From positions 1 through 52,694 of IMG/VR virus record IMGVR_UViG_3300035661_000082: a stretch of 52,694 bases of DNA. One strand, written 5' to 3'. Each line of letters starts with the position of its first letter. Position 1 is the first letter of the stretch. The position numbers were made by a program, and so were the translations under genes. Shown one piece after another: positions 37,023 through 48,500 of the stretch. The notes beneath the pieces are model-generated. The model saw only the letters and a program-made list of their open reading frames with translations, searched no databases and was not told the DNA's origin. This stretch comes from a virus (Duplodnaviria; Caudoviricetes).

Positions 37023-38921
37023 GTGGCTAACTCAGTCACCCGCGTAGTAATACGCGTTAACTCTACGTTTGGTGCTTCCTATGCAAATATAGGTGAAGTT
37101 GAATTTCGCAACTCATCTGGAACGCTTCTAAGTAATTCAGGAATAACTGCCACAGCATCTAGCACATACTTGGGCTGGGATCCTGCGCGAATGCTTGATG
37201 GGAATACTGATTACAGCACTGGGTCATGGTCAAGTAGTGGTTCTTCCCTACCTGTATACGCCTATTTTGATTTTTCCACAGCCCAAGATGTTGCAAGTGT
37301 TCGCATAATAAATGCTACGTCTGGAAGCAATAGCGAATACGTGCAAGGCGTGGTTGTAACAGCCACGCACACGGGTGGAGCTACTTCTAGTAACACGATG
37401 ACTAGGCCGAGTAGTGCAGACGGAGCGCATACAGACCACCCGATACCAGCTGTTGTAACCCCTGCATCCGGCACAATAACAGCGACAACATCATCCGCAG
37501 TGGCTAGGTTCTCTGGATATACTCCGGCGCGAGGAATCGTTAGCGCAACAACAGGCGCAGCAGTAGCCTCAGTTTTTGGTTACATACCAAACATTGGCGT
37601 GCTTTTTAATACAACCGACGCATCAGTAGCATCAGTTGTGGGTTACATGCAATCCCGTGGCGTGCTTAGCGTAGCGACAGAGGATGCGACTTCTAATTTT
37701 TCAGCATTTTCAGCATCAGTCGCAGCATTAAACGCTTCAACATCTAATGCAGTAGCTAGTTTTATTGGATCGACTACATACGTATTCACGCTAGATGCCA
37801 CGACAGATGATGCAGTAGCATCTGTTGCCGCATATATTCCGTTATTCATAGCAGTTTCAACATCATCTAGCGATACATCGTCTGCATCCATTGTTGCGTC
37901 AACTGGGCACGTTTCAATCACTGATTCAGCAAGTGACATGCTATCAATAAGTGCGTTTGGCACAAGCATCATAAATCTAATCGGTACAGCGCAAGCGATT
38001 GACCTCGCTACTTTCATTGATAAAGCAATGCTAATAGCCACAGAAAAAGCAGTTGATACAGTATCAAGCAAGGCTATTGGTAGATATACGGTTTCAGATT
38101 CGGCTAAGGACATAGCAAGCGTAGTTGGCACGGCGTTCATTACGTCGACGGTAACGACGTTAGAACACTCGGTAGATACTGTTACACCGTGGGGCACTGC
38201 CGTCATTGTTGACTCATCAACATCAACTGACACAGCAAAAGGACAAGCATTCGGCCATGCAAGCGTTGTTGACCAAGCCGCAAGCATCGACACATGGCTC
38301 AAGACGCTTGTCGTCACCGTTGAAGCTATCGACCAAACAGGCGAAGAGTCAAGCATTGACCCGCATGTCATTGGCCTTGCCACGATTCTTGAACAGATTC
38401 GAGACCTTGCTTCAGTCAACTCGGCCAACAGATCACAGTTTACATACACGCTGAATACGATACTCAACGCCGGCACGCGATACGGGAACTATGGGTTCAA
38501 TTCATTCGCGGCCACAGACACGGCGTGTTATGGAGCAAATAACAAAGGGCTGTTCTTGCTACAGGGTGCTTCTGATAATGGACTTAGTATTGATGCAGTC
38601 CTTAAAACAAACCTGAGTGACTTGGCGATTGATGGAGTTATTGAAGGATCGAAGCAGAAAACCGTTTCTGATGCGTATGTTGGCTACACGTCGTCAGGCA
38701 ACCTTGTCTTGCGCGTGACTACATCAAACGGAGGCGCCGTATCAAGCAATGACTATGCGCTTGTGAAGCATGGAAAATCATCCCCTGATGTAAGCCGTGT
38801 TCTGTTTGGGCGCGGCGTTCGCGCTAGATACTGGCAATTCACAATCGAAAATACCAACGGCGAGGCTTTCGAGTTCGACAAGATCGAGTTCTTGCCAGTC
38901 GTCTTAACAAGGAGAATCTAG
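37023..38921 (+). CDS. Tail protein: N-terminal discoidin-like domain, S/T/A-rich repeats, nozzle-like C-terminus
   Basis: ITATASSTY...MLDGN...W; C-terminal GRGVRARYWQFTIEN...FEFDKIE. Confidence 0.55.
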   Translation: MANSVTRVVIRVNSTFGASYANIGEVEFRNSSGTLLSNSGITATASSTYLGWDPARMLDGNTDYSTGSWSSSGSSLPVYAYFDFSTAQDVASVRIINATSGSNSEYVQGVVVTATHTGGATSSNTMTRPSSADGAHTDHPIPAVVTPASGTITATTSSAVARFSGYTPARGIVSATTGAAVASVFGYIPNIGVLFNTTDASVASVVGYMQSRGVLSVATEDATSNFSAFSASVAALNASTSNAVASFIGSTTYVFTLDATTDDAVASVAAYIPLFIAVSTSSSDTSSASIVASTGHVSITDSASDMLSISAFGTSIINLIGTAQAIDLATFIDKAMLIATEKAVDTVSSKAIGRYTVSDSAKDIASVVGTAFITSTVTTLEHSVDTVTPWGTAVIVDSSTSTDTAKGQAFGHASVVDQAASIDTWLKTLVVTVEAIDQTGEESSIDPHVIGLATILEQIRDLASVNSANRSQFTYTLNTILNAGTRYGNYGFNSFAATDTACYGANNKGLFLLQGASDNGLSIDAVLKTNLSDLAIDGVIEGSKQKTVSDAYVGYTSSGNLVLRVTTSNGGAVSSNDYALVKHGKSSPDVSRVLFGRGVRARYWQFTIENTNGEAFEFDKIEFLPVVLTRRI

Positions 38922-38922
38922 C

Positions 38923-40788
38923 ATGGCAGGCAATTGTGGGTTAATTGGAACGGGCATCCCCGCACTTGTAAATAGCACAATGGGCTTTGCAGAAGGCGTA
39001 GCATCAACCCAGATTGCAGCGACCAACGAATCATTAGCCCGCATGGCTGATGCTATGGCTGGCCTTGTCATTACGCCTATGCCGAGCGTCCCGGCAGTCG
39101 GTACAATTCCTGTTATTTCAGCACCTCCCGCATATCCTAATTTTATAAACATGCCGGAACCTACGTTTCCTTCTGCACCAGCAGCGCCACCAGCTATTAC
39201 AGAAATAGACCCAAAATTTCCTACCGTACCAAACAACACAGCATATCGTCCGTCAATATCGCTGCCGAATGCACCAGCCCCTTTTAGCGGAGTAGCTCCA
39301 GTATCACCAGGCATAGGCACAGTAGCAATCCCCGAAGCGCCAATTCTTGATACGTCAATCCCAGTTCCTAAGTTGCTCTCCATGGTTGTTCCTGATTCCC
39401 CTACGATCATCTATGCCGAATTTGATGCAGTGCTTAACCCTCACGGATTGACTGTCCCTGATGCGATTTTCGAGTACACAGAAAACCCATACGATTCTGC
39501 GTTGCTGCAAGCGGTAATTTTCAAGCTCAAGAACGACATTCAAAACGGCACGACGGGTTTAAGCCCTGCGGCTGAATATGCTCTCTGGGCGCGTGGTGCA
39601 GAGCGTGAAGCAAGTGCTATCCGACAGTCCAAGGCAGATGCAATGAATGAAGGTGCGGCGCGTGGGTTTAGCTACCCGACAGGTGCAACAGCGCAGCGCC
39701 TCATGGATATTGAGCAGGCGGCACTTAGTAAAAGCATAGAGCTTTCGCGTGAAGTCATGGTTGAGCAAGCCCGCCTTGCGCAGAACAACATGCAGTTTGC
39801 CATTACGTCAGGTATAGACCTTGAAGGCAAAATCATGTCCTACATGGGCGACTATGCCCGCCGCGCATTTGAGGCTGCAAGCCTTGCATTCAACGCGAAG
39901 TTCACAGCATTTTCCGCTGCTATTTCACTGTACAACGCGGACGTGAGTGCATACCAAATACAGTCCGTTGTTTACAAGACACGCATCGAAGCCGAGGGGT
40001 TGAAGCTTGAATCATTCCGTTCAGAGATTGAAGCTCAAAAGCTGATAGGCGAAATCAATAAAGACAACATTGCAATCTATACGGCGCAATTCCAAGCGTT
40101 GCAGGTACAAGCTGACTTGTACAAGTCTCTCATGCAAGGCGCATCTATAGCAATGGACGTAGAAAAAACCAAGATTGAAGCGTACAAGGCCGAAGTGGAT
40201 GCGTTTCAATCGCTAGTCCTGGCGAACAAGTCACAGTTCGATGCGTATGCCTCACAGATCAATGCTGAAATGTCCAAGGTGGATATGTACCGTGTCGATG
40301 TTTCTGCATACCAAGCAGCTATTCAAGCCTATGCAGCCGAGACTACCGCTGAATCGTCACGCATCAATGCTGAAACAAGCATTCAAGAGCTAAACCAGAA
40401 GAGCTTTGGCATTCTCGTTGATTCATACCGCTCCCGGGTCATGGCCGAATCCGAGCGCATGAAGGCTTACGCGACAAATATCACGGCGACAGCCGAGGCG
40501 TACCGCGCAGAAATTGCAGGGTACAGCGCAGAAACGCAGGCATTAGTAAGCCGGTATCAGGCTGAAATGAGCCAGCGCATTGCAGTATTTGAACAAGGTG
40601 TGAAAGGTGTACAGATTGAACTCGATGCTTCGCTTCGGGCAACTCAAATGGCAGTTGCAGCCATCGACGGTGCGGCGAAGAACTCGGCAGCTATTTCAGC
40701 CTCAGCCATCAATGCCATGAATGTCAGCGCTGGCATTAGTGATTCTGTGTCTAACGGCACAAGCTGTTCAACATCGTACAGCTACTAA
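38923..40788 (+). CDS. Virion protein: Pro-rich N-terminal half and long coiled coil
   Basis: AGGAG RBS; PxxP repeats then Y/F-x-A heptads. Confidence 0.65.
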   Translation: MAGNCGLIGTGIPALVNSTMGFAEGVASTQIAATNESLARMADAMAGLVITPMPSVPAVGTIPVISAPPAYPNFINMPEPTFPSAPAAPPAITEIDPKFPTVPNNTAYRPSISLPNAPAPFSGVAPVSPGIGTVAIPEAPILDTSIPVPKLLSMVVPDSPTIIYAEFDAVLNPHGLTVPDAIFEYTENPYDSALLQAVIFKLKNDIQNGTTGLSPAAEYALWARGAEREASAIRQSKADAMNEGAARGFSYPTGATAQRLMDIEQAALSKSIELSREVMVEQARLAQNNMQFAITSGIDLEGKIMSYMGDYARRAFEAASLAFNAKFTAFSAAISLYNADVSAYQIQSVVYKTRIEAEGLKLESFRSEIEAQKLIGEINKDNIAIYTAQFQALQVQADLYKSLMQGASIAMDVEKTKIEAYKAEVDAFQSLVLANKSQFDAYASQINAEMSKVDMYRVDVSAYQAAIQAYAAETTAESSRINAETSIQELNQKSFGILVDSYRSRVMAESERMKAYATNITATAEAYRAEIAGYSAETQALVSRYQAEMSQRIAVFEQGVKGVQIELDASLRATQMAVAAIDGAAKNSAAISASAINAMNVSAGISDSVSNGTSCSTSYSY

Positions 40789-40789
40789 C

Positions 40790-43465
40790 ATGCTCACATC
40801 TAGCCCCAAAATACGGCTTATTGGCGAATTTGCCCATACAAAAATATCGCGGGCACGAGGTGCGCTGCTTAATGCTGCGCTTATTCAAGAGCTTCTAGGA
40901 ATCCAGTCATATTCGCACCGAGTTCGGTCATCGGATGGCAGCGTCATGTCAGTGCGGGCGCAGGAGGATGGGGCGCATAGTATTGCGATTGATGCTCAGG
41001 CAAACCATGATAATGCTAAAGACGAAACTGCAGACAGATACTGCTTTTTAGTGAAAGTTGTAGACGATACAAACCCGAAATACGTTTTAACGGAATACTA
41101 CTTTGTAGCCAAAGTTCAAGGAAACATTAGAGGACATACTAATGCAAATAAAATCCAGCCTATAAATGGTGGATGGAAGGTCATAGGCAAGTTTACCGAA
41201 GATAATGATCATAAAAAGCCGTTTGATATTCCACCAACTGGTATGCGTGGATGGGCAAACAAAAAAGGAGAACTGTATGCGCACGACTGCTCGTTCTCAA
41301 CAAACACCTATGACATTGATGTACGATGCGGAGATATAGACCCTCAACAGCTTAACTTTTACTACCCTGAATTAATATACGGATGCGCTGGGCAGTACAG
41401 CGCTGCAATTCATCATACGACAGTTACACAATTCAATAGCAGATATAGTATCTATACGCAAAATGATTTTGTACGAACCATCAATGGAAAACCTTTATCT
41501 CCAGAAATAATCGAAGGAGAAAAAGAATTTTTTAGTAGATTATCGGCATTGTGGTTAAAGGTATATGGAGAACACCTGCACGCATCTAATATACAGCGGT
41601 TTTCTGTTAACAAAAAACAAGCAGTTATATTTTCTGCTTCTCCACTCTATGAGATTGGAGAGTTTTTGTATGTTGATGGTGCGCAAAACTTAGCCATGTT
41701 GTGGTGGAAAGGAAGTAGCAATGTTGATGCAGGTATAATAAGCGTTAATACATCTGGAACGATGATTACTTTTCCAATATATCCTCCATTAGACACATCA
41801 AGAGACTTCATCAAGCGATACTATGAAGAAGGCACTGATTGCTACAACAGCGCCGGATATGGAGACAATGAGATGACGTCTTTTTACCGAGCAAAGGCGG
41901 CAAGGGCATGGTCATTAAACAGTGGTAAATTTTATGGATACTCGAACACACCTGTAATCATAAATATGAGTATATCTGTTAGTGAGGATGGGACTCTCAC
42001 TGTGTCGAATCATGAGTCAACATCAATAAAATGCAACATTGAAGCAGATGTGTCTAACGAAGCGACAGTGGACAGCTATTCATCCGATGCGGAATCAACG
42101 CTTGAGTTCTCAGGAAGATTGTTTGCATATCGCGGTGATTCTTTAGTGTCTGAATATGTGAATAGCACATACACAACAATAGCCAAGTACCGAAGTGTTT
42201 CAGCAAAATACGCAGGTGCTGGGCCAGCAGAATACAATATAAGGTCTGACCAAATAGGCCCGCTCGTGGCATATTGTGAAGGAAAAGACCATGTAGCATT
42301 TTCAACTGACCCAGTGGGGGAGCGCACGGTTAAGGTGCTAGGGCAATACTTTTCCCCTGGCAGCTTTGAAGGATCATCCTACGCATACGACCAGTCGAGC
42401 AATGTTAAATTCAATGACGCGTGGTCATCGTATGATTTAACAATAAAAACGTTGCGTGGTAGCGGAGCAGTGCAGGGCACCCCATGTGAAGACGATGGAT
42501 TTTCTGACCAAGTTGAAATTATCGTATCGTATATCGGGATGTCTACGGCTCCAGAATATGGGATTATAGAACCTACGCCAAAGTATTTAATAACAACCAT
42601 AACATTTTCAATGGCTGCACCCGAAGAAGCAGTATTTGCAGGTTATGCTGAGAGCAAAATTGCTGCATATACGCAGGCTGCACATGCGGCTTCCGACGCT
42701 GTAGGTGGCGTGCCGGTATCGACTTATGAGTGCGAAACTACATCATCAACAGAAAGTGTGCTTATGGCGAGTGGGTGCGACGACACATACGGCAACATCA
42801 TCGACGTTAAAGTCGGCTTGCTACTTTCACATCCACCAACGCCAACACAGAAAAAGAAAAAACTAAACTTGCGCGCTGGGTTTAATTTGGTCACTAACTC
42901 TACAGGGCTATTGCATGATGATTGGGTAAACGATGGAGTATATGGACTTGATTCAGCAGTAGGTATATTTGACCCAATGCTTGGTGTTGTAGAGCGAATG
43001 TTCTCCGGGTATACAAAAGAGTTACAACAAAAAGAAGATAATATACGGCTTCATTTACTTGAAGTTAAATATCACGCGAACGCAACACCTGTATCCATCG
43101 TTAAGGCAGAAACCATGCCCCCGCACCACTGGTCAGAAAGCTCAGCGCTTGACAGCTATCCGCGTTCAACATACTGCGGATATATTCATGAGCATAGCGC
43201 ACGGTCTACGGTATGTATTAGCTACGGAAGAACATTCGAAGCGAAAAGCATAACCCCGGCTGGATTAGATGACTATCAATCAGCATGTATAGTCGATGGC
43301 GACAATGGAGACGTAATTGACATATTGGCAGTTTGCGGTCTTAAAAATACAAATATGATTTACTCATTAGATAAATATCCTCAGTACTGCTTCGGTAGGT
43401 TTTATGATGTAAGCATCTGTGTTATCCCAAAAGAGCTTATAAAAGAAGACTGGCCACGCCCGTGA
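40790..43465 (+). CDS. Large hypothetical virion-associated protein (~891 aa)
   Basis: Long ORF within structural operon; visibly more AT-rich than neighbours. Confidence 0.7.
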   Translation: MLTSSPKIRLIGEFAHTKISRARGALLNAALIQELLGIQSYSHRVRSSDGSVMSVRAQEDGAHSIAIDAQANHDNAKDETADRYCFLVKVVDDTNPKYVLTEYYFVAKVQGNIRGHTNANKIQPINGGWKVIGKFTEDNDHKKPFDIPPTGMRGWANKKGELYAHDCSFSTNTYDIDVRCGDIDPQQLNFYYPELIYGCAGQYSAAIHHTTVTQFNSRYSIYTQNDFVRTINGKPLSPEIIEGEKEFFSRLSALWLKVYGEHLHASNIQRFSVNKKQAVIFSASPLYEIGEFLYVDGAQNLAMLWWKGSSNVDAGIISVNTSGTMITFPIYPPLDTSRDFIKRYYEEGTDCYNSAGYGDNEMTSFYRAKAARAWSLNSGKFYGYSNTPVIINMSISVSEDGTLTVSNHESTSIKCNIEADVSNEATVDSYSSDAESTLEFSGRLFAYRGDSLVSEYVNSTYTTIAKYRSVSAKYAGAGPAEYNIRSDQIGPLVAYCEGKDHVAFSTDPVGERTVKVLGQYFSPGSFEGSSYAYDQSSNVKFNDAWSSYDLTIKTLRGSGAVQGTPCEDDGFSDQVEIIVSYIGMSTAPEYGIIEPTPKYLITTITFSMAAPEEAVFAGYAESKIAAYTQAAHAASDAVGGVPVSTYECETTSSTESVLMASGCDDTYGNIIDVKVGLLLSHPPTPTQKKKKLNLRAGFNLVTNSTGLLHDDWVNDGVYGLDSAVGIFDPMLGVVERMFSGYTKELQQKEDNIRLHLLEVKYHANATPVSIVKAETMPPHHWSESSALDSYPRSTYCGYIHEHSARSTVCISYGRTFEAKSITPAGLDDYQSACIVDGDNGDVIDILAVCGLKNTNMIYSLDKYPQYCFGRFYDVSICVIPKELIKEDWPRP

Positions 43466-43538
43466 TAAACTACCCACAAAATCTAGCATTAGCATTGAAA
43501 AGCTCTATCACTAACCAATAACACAATCGGAGGCTCAC

Positions 43539-45506
43539 ATGGGCGGTTTTTTTGGATTTAACAACAACGATGAAGCCGCTAAGAAGTCCTCCGCTGAAAA
43601 AGCAGCCGCCGAGCAAAAGGCAAGTGGACAATCATCACAATCACCCCAATCACTCCAAGCTGCCATTACTGGCTACGCTGGCATGAGCGCAATGCAGCGG
43701 CGCGAGAAAGAAGTAGGACTAGCTAATGGCGGCATGGTTCGTGGAAAGGGAACTGGGACATCGGACTCCATCCCTATGGAGCTTCGCAAAGGAAGCTATG
43801 TACTACCTGCCGATAGCACGCGCAAGATGAATGAAGAAAAAGTGCCGGTTCGAGTAAGCAACGGCGAGCGCGTGTTTTCGCCGAAAGAATTGCAAGCCAT
43901 TGGTGCACAAGTGGTTGAGGCTATGAAGGTTGCTACGCATACGCCAGTAAATGAAAAGTCAGCCAAGCTGCAGATGCTTGCAGATGGTGGTGTTGTTGAC
44001 GATAAGAGAAAAAATGTTTTCACCGATGCGAACACTGATACGCAGACCGGAAAGCCTAAGTCAAGCGAGGGATTCACCCCGCAAGGACAAGGTGCTTCAT
44101 TTGTTCAGCGAGCAAAAGCCAACGCAGCCGTGCCGGATATGGCCGCAAGCAATGCCAAAGAGTTTCAATCTGCAATTGATACAGAAGCGAAGATGAATGC
44201 TCCTGCTCCTGTTGTTCAGCCTAGCAAAGTACAGCCAAGCGGATTCTTGGGAAATACTCGTAATGAATTGGGCAATACAATTAAAGGAATGCCTGAAGCA
44301 TTCAATGTGGGTGGGTTTCCAGGAGCGGTAGGCTATGCCATTAATAGGGTTGCTCCAACAGTACAGGCATTATCCGAAGACGTTTTTGCCAAGCCGTTAA
44401 TCAGGGATGCTATACCTTTTGCAAACACTGTTAACACAGCCGTTACAGGTGATGCAACACCACGGATTGGCGATTCAACACCCCAAGGTACTAAACCACA
44501 ATCCCCAGGACAAAGCGTTGTCAACGATACGAGTCAAGGAGCTAGTGCTGCTAATCCAGTGCTGGCGCAAGCTACGCCTAAACCAGCTACCTCCAGCGAT
44601 GAGATATATAAACCACTCGCTAACTTGGATGTTGTTGAATATAAGGGCGATCACGGCGAGCGGGCATTCAGCAACATTCGCCCCGAAGACCGAAATAAGG
44701 GCGGCAATATGACCGTTGTTCCAGCGAACACCTACGGCATGTACGACCCGACTAAGCCATTGCCCGTTGCGCAACCCACACAACAAGCCCAAGGGTTCGC
44801 CCCCGGCAATCAAATCAATCATGTTGAAAGTGTCGGATTTGGATTCGAGCCGAAAGACCCGGCAATCGCGCGAGCTGATGCAATTCAAAGAAACGCTGAA
44901 ATGGCCGCAGGCCGAGCTGGCATTTCCCAATATACGCCCAAAATGCTTGAGGCAGAAACCAACAAGATGCAGTCCTACGACAATATGGCGACCACTGGCA
45001 TGAATAACGCAACACGACAAGCCGAGATTGCATCAAACGCAGAGGCAAGAGGAGCAGAGCTTGCGCAGCGTGGATCACAGTTCGACGCAACCAATTGGCT
45101 TGCCAAGAATGCCGATAATAGGGCGCAAGAAACTCATGGATTCGCTTTGGCCGACACCATGAGAATGCAAAACGCACTAAATGCCGTCAACAACGCAAAA
45201 ACACCCGAAGAGCTCAGATCGGCATCGGATAAATTGCAAGCATTGCAAGGAAAAAACCCGCAAGAGGTTTTCGCAGGACTTCCAGGCGGAAATACGGTAG
45301 ACGCAGCTGGGAACGTTATTAAACTCCAGAATCTTGTCTACAACAAGGTTACAGGCAAAGTAATGAATACTGACGAACAAGGCCAGGCACAGCCGAAATA
45401 CGACCAAAAAACAGCACAAGGAATGAAAGATGTGTTAATGAAGCGCAACATTCCAGCAGATGAAATTCGAAAATTGATCGACGTAATCAACGCCAACACA
45501 CAGTAA
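43539..45506 (+). CDS. Putative internal virion/ejection (pilot) protein
   Basis: GGAGG RBS; LANGGMVRGKGTGTSDSIP...GSYVLPA motif seen in tape-measure/ejection proteins; Q/A/N-rich. Confidence 0.65.
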   Translation: MGGFFGFNNNDEAAKKSSAEKAAAEQKASGQSSQSPQSLQAAITGYAGMSAMQRREKEVGLANGGMVRGKGTGTSDSIPMELRKGSYVLPADSTRKMNEEKVPVRVSNGERVFSPKELQAIGAQVVEAMKVATHTPVNEKSAKLQMLADGGVVDDKRKNVFTDANTDTQTGKPKSSEGFTPQGQGASFVQRAKANAAVPDMAASNAKEFQSAIDTEAKMNAPAPVVQPSKVQPSGFLGNTRNELGNTIKGMPEAFNVGGFPGAVGYAINRVAPTVQALSEDVFAKPLIRDAIPFANTVNTAVTGDATPRIGDSTPQGTKPQSPGQSVVNDTSQGASAANPVLAQATPKPATSSDEIYKPLANLDVVEYKGDHGERAFSNIRPEDRNKGGNMTVVPANTYGMYDPTKPLPVAQPTQQAQGFAPGNQINHVESVGFGFEPKDPAIARADAIQRNAEMAAGRAGISQYTPKMLEAETNKMQSYDNMATTGMNNATRQAEIASNAEARGAELAQRGSQFDATNWLAKNADNRAQETHGFALADTMRMQNALNAVNNAKTPEELRSASDKLQALQGKNPQEVFAGLPGGNTVDAAGNVIKLQNLVYNKVTGKVMNTDEQGQAQPKYDQKTAQGMKDVLMKRNIPADEIRKLIDVINANTQ

Positions 45507-45516
45507 GGGTGCGCTA

Positions 45517-48500
45517 ATGAACTATGAAGCAGAAGTTGACAAGCTAATCGGCGCTACCGCTGCCAAGCCTGCTAATGTCGATCCCGCTGCCAAGCCTGCT
45601 AATGTAGATTACGACAAGCAGGTAGATCAGCTCATTGCATCAAAAAAGAAAGCCCCGATGACGGATTCCGAATGGCAGGCTGAAAAGGAGTCGCACCAAG
45701 AAAACGCCCTGCAACGTGGCTGGCACAGCATGGCTAATTCTGTTGATGCAACGGCAAAGCTGGCGACAAAGGACTATGAAGGCATTGCCGACATTCAGGC
45801 AGATAATGCTAACTACCGGGCAATGAACCCTGGAACCAAGAGCGCCAATGAGTTAACAGACGCATTTCGTGCCGAGGGGAATAACGACCAGTCTGCTGCG
45901 GGAGGTTTCGAGAACTTCAAGGCAGGCGTAGGACGCATGGTCGATGTTGCGGCCAACAACTACAACAAGGCACAAGGATTTATCCCCAAGGCGCGTTCGG
46001 CACTTGATACGGCTGGCGGCGTTGTATCAGTTCTTGGTGAGCAAATACCAAACATGGTTCCAGGACTTGTTGGTATGGGTATAGGATCAGTTGGCGGAGC
46101 GGAAGCTGGTGCGCCAACAGGCGCGGCGATAGGCTCAGCAGGTGGTCCGGTAGGAGCAGCGGCAGGAGGAGCAACTGGCGCGGCAGTTGGTTCGTACATA
46201 GGCGGATCAGCGGGTTCTGGTGTAGGTAATGCACTCGTCGAAGGCGGAGGCATGATCGAGCAAGACTTGCAAAAGGCAGGAATTAAACCGGGCGATAAAG
46301 AGGCAACAGTCGCCTACCTCAAAGATCATGGGGATAAAATCCTAGAGCAAGCTGGAATCAAGGGAGCTGTTATAGGTGCAGTTGACCGTGCAACAATTGG
46401 GATGGCACACAACCTATTGACCGCACCAGGACGCGCGGCAGAGCAACGCGCAATGACCTCACTTGGCGTTGATACAGCGGACAATGCAGCCGTATCTGCA
46501 GCACGGAATACGCAGCGCGAAGCAATTGGCAAACTTGTTGCAAACGATGCAGCTTACCAAGCATCTAAAACGGGTATTGGTGCAGTAGCTCGAGATACGG
46601 CAGCGTTTGGCCTTGAGCCGCTTGGCGAGTTTACAGGCGAGTATGTCGGTGAAGGTCTTGGCCGTGGAAACTGGGACACTAAGGAATCCGCGTTTGAGGC
46701 GCTTATGTCCCTTGGTCAGTCTGGGCTTATCTTTACCGGACAGAAGGCAGCACAGGCCATTAAAGCTCCATTCGAGCAGCAAGATACCTCATCGGGTGCA
46801 GCCACGCCAAATGCAGCTCCACCAAATTCTCCACCAAATTCTCTACCAAACGCTACCCAAAACGCATCCACCCAAAACGCTGCCACCCAAAACGCATCCA
46901 CCCAAAACGCTGCTACCCAAAACGCATCCACCCAAAACGCTGCTACCCAAAACGCATCCAACCAAAACGCTGCTACACAAAACTCTGCTAACCAAAACGC
47001 GGCCACACAATCACAGCAAGCAAACCAGCTCACGCCAGAAGCATTGCAAGCATTGTCGAGAATATCCGACGAGCAGCTACCCGGTGTTCGAGAGAAAGTC
47101 GCTTCAATGCCAGACTCGAAGCATAAGACAGCCATTCAAGAGGCGCTTGATGCTACGGTGGAGCAAAGGGCAGCGCTTGGATATACGCCACACGTTGACG
47201 ATGAAGGCTACACCTACAGCATGGATAGACACGCTGTTGAGTCGTTGCAAGAACAGGCGCGTAAAGCAAGCACAGCAGCCATTATGGAAAGTCTTGGACA
47301 CCTTGCAAATCAGGACAACGCAAGCGATACAACCCGTATTTATGAGCGTGAACTTAACCAACGCTATAAAGAAAACCAGCAAGCAACTCAAGATGTAGCA
47401 GCAAAGAGTGCCGATACACCAACTACAGCAACGCCTACGCCTACAGATGTGCAAGCCGCAAAAGCCAATGCCGACTTAAATCCAACGCTCGCTAATGCGG
47501 CGGATCTTCATTCTAGTATGCAACAAGCAGCTCAGGCAGTGCAGACCGTTGCGCCAGCGAATGCAGCAACAGCAGCGAATGCAGAGACCGCAGCAGCTAA
47601 ATGGGCAAGATTTAACCCGATACAACGCAATGGATTTATTGGAAATCTTGGTATTGAGACACTAGGAGTAGAAGGCGCGAATCTGCGCAATGAGAGCGAC
47701 ATTACCAAGCTGCCCCCGCATGTACAGCAGGTCATCGAGGCTGCGCATAATCCTATCCCGGCAGATAAGTTCAATCCGACACACACTGATAAACTCGGTA
47801 GACCGCTAATGGCCTATCCTGGGATTGATGGCGTTTACCAGGATGAGCGAAGTAATGTTTTCAGGTCTGATTCAGTGCCGCCCACTCCAATCCAACAAGC
47901 GCCTGTAACAACTGCTACTCAGAGCCAACAAGAGACTGTAACACCTCAATCAAGCAGCAAGAGCTTTACACCTAATCCACGATCATGGGGAGCGCAGGAA
48001 ACAAACAATCTTGCGCAGATTATTCGCAAAGCCGGTGGGATACACAAAAAACATGCGACTGAAATTATCGGAGATGAAACTAAGCATTCAAAAACCAAAG
48101 GGTTTTTTACCAACAACGGAATGGGGATTGATGATGCTATTGATCTTGCGAAATCGCATAATTTCATTATCAATCTGCGAAAAGGCGAAGACGAAACAGA
48201 GGCATATATTGATCTATTTGCACGAGCAGCAAATGGCGAAAAAGTAACTAATTACCAAAACGCTGACCTAGAAAGACAATACCAAAATCTTTTAGACGAA
48301 GATGAGGCACGTGCAAAAGAAGATGCACTCGAAGCGCAGCTAACCGCTGATGAAATAAAAAAGAGCGATTTAATCGCACAAGAACTTAGCGATGCAGACC
48401 CAAATGAGGTTGAAAGCGTCATTGATGACATAGAGGGGGCTACTAACGCATTGAGTGATGGCACATTCACCGAATGGCTTAATGAATACACAACAGAACA

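Noticed and set aside
37643-38476. Long antisense ORFs (e.g. 37643-38476, 5050-5778, 13799-14299)
   Set aside because: Mirror-frame shadows of well-supported plus-strand genes; no RBS or motifs
46861-47010. CRISPR array or DGR template/variable repeat
   Set aside because: Contiguous coding repeats with no spacers; no cas or reverse-transcriptase gene seen anywhere in the window
46607-47398. 263-aa +1-frame ORF inside the 1124-aa gene
   Set aside because: Openness is largely explained by the stop-free 15-bp repeat (PKTHP/PKTLL); TTG start, no clear RBS, unprotein-like sequence
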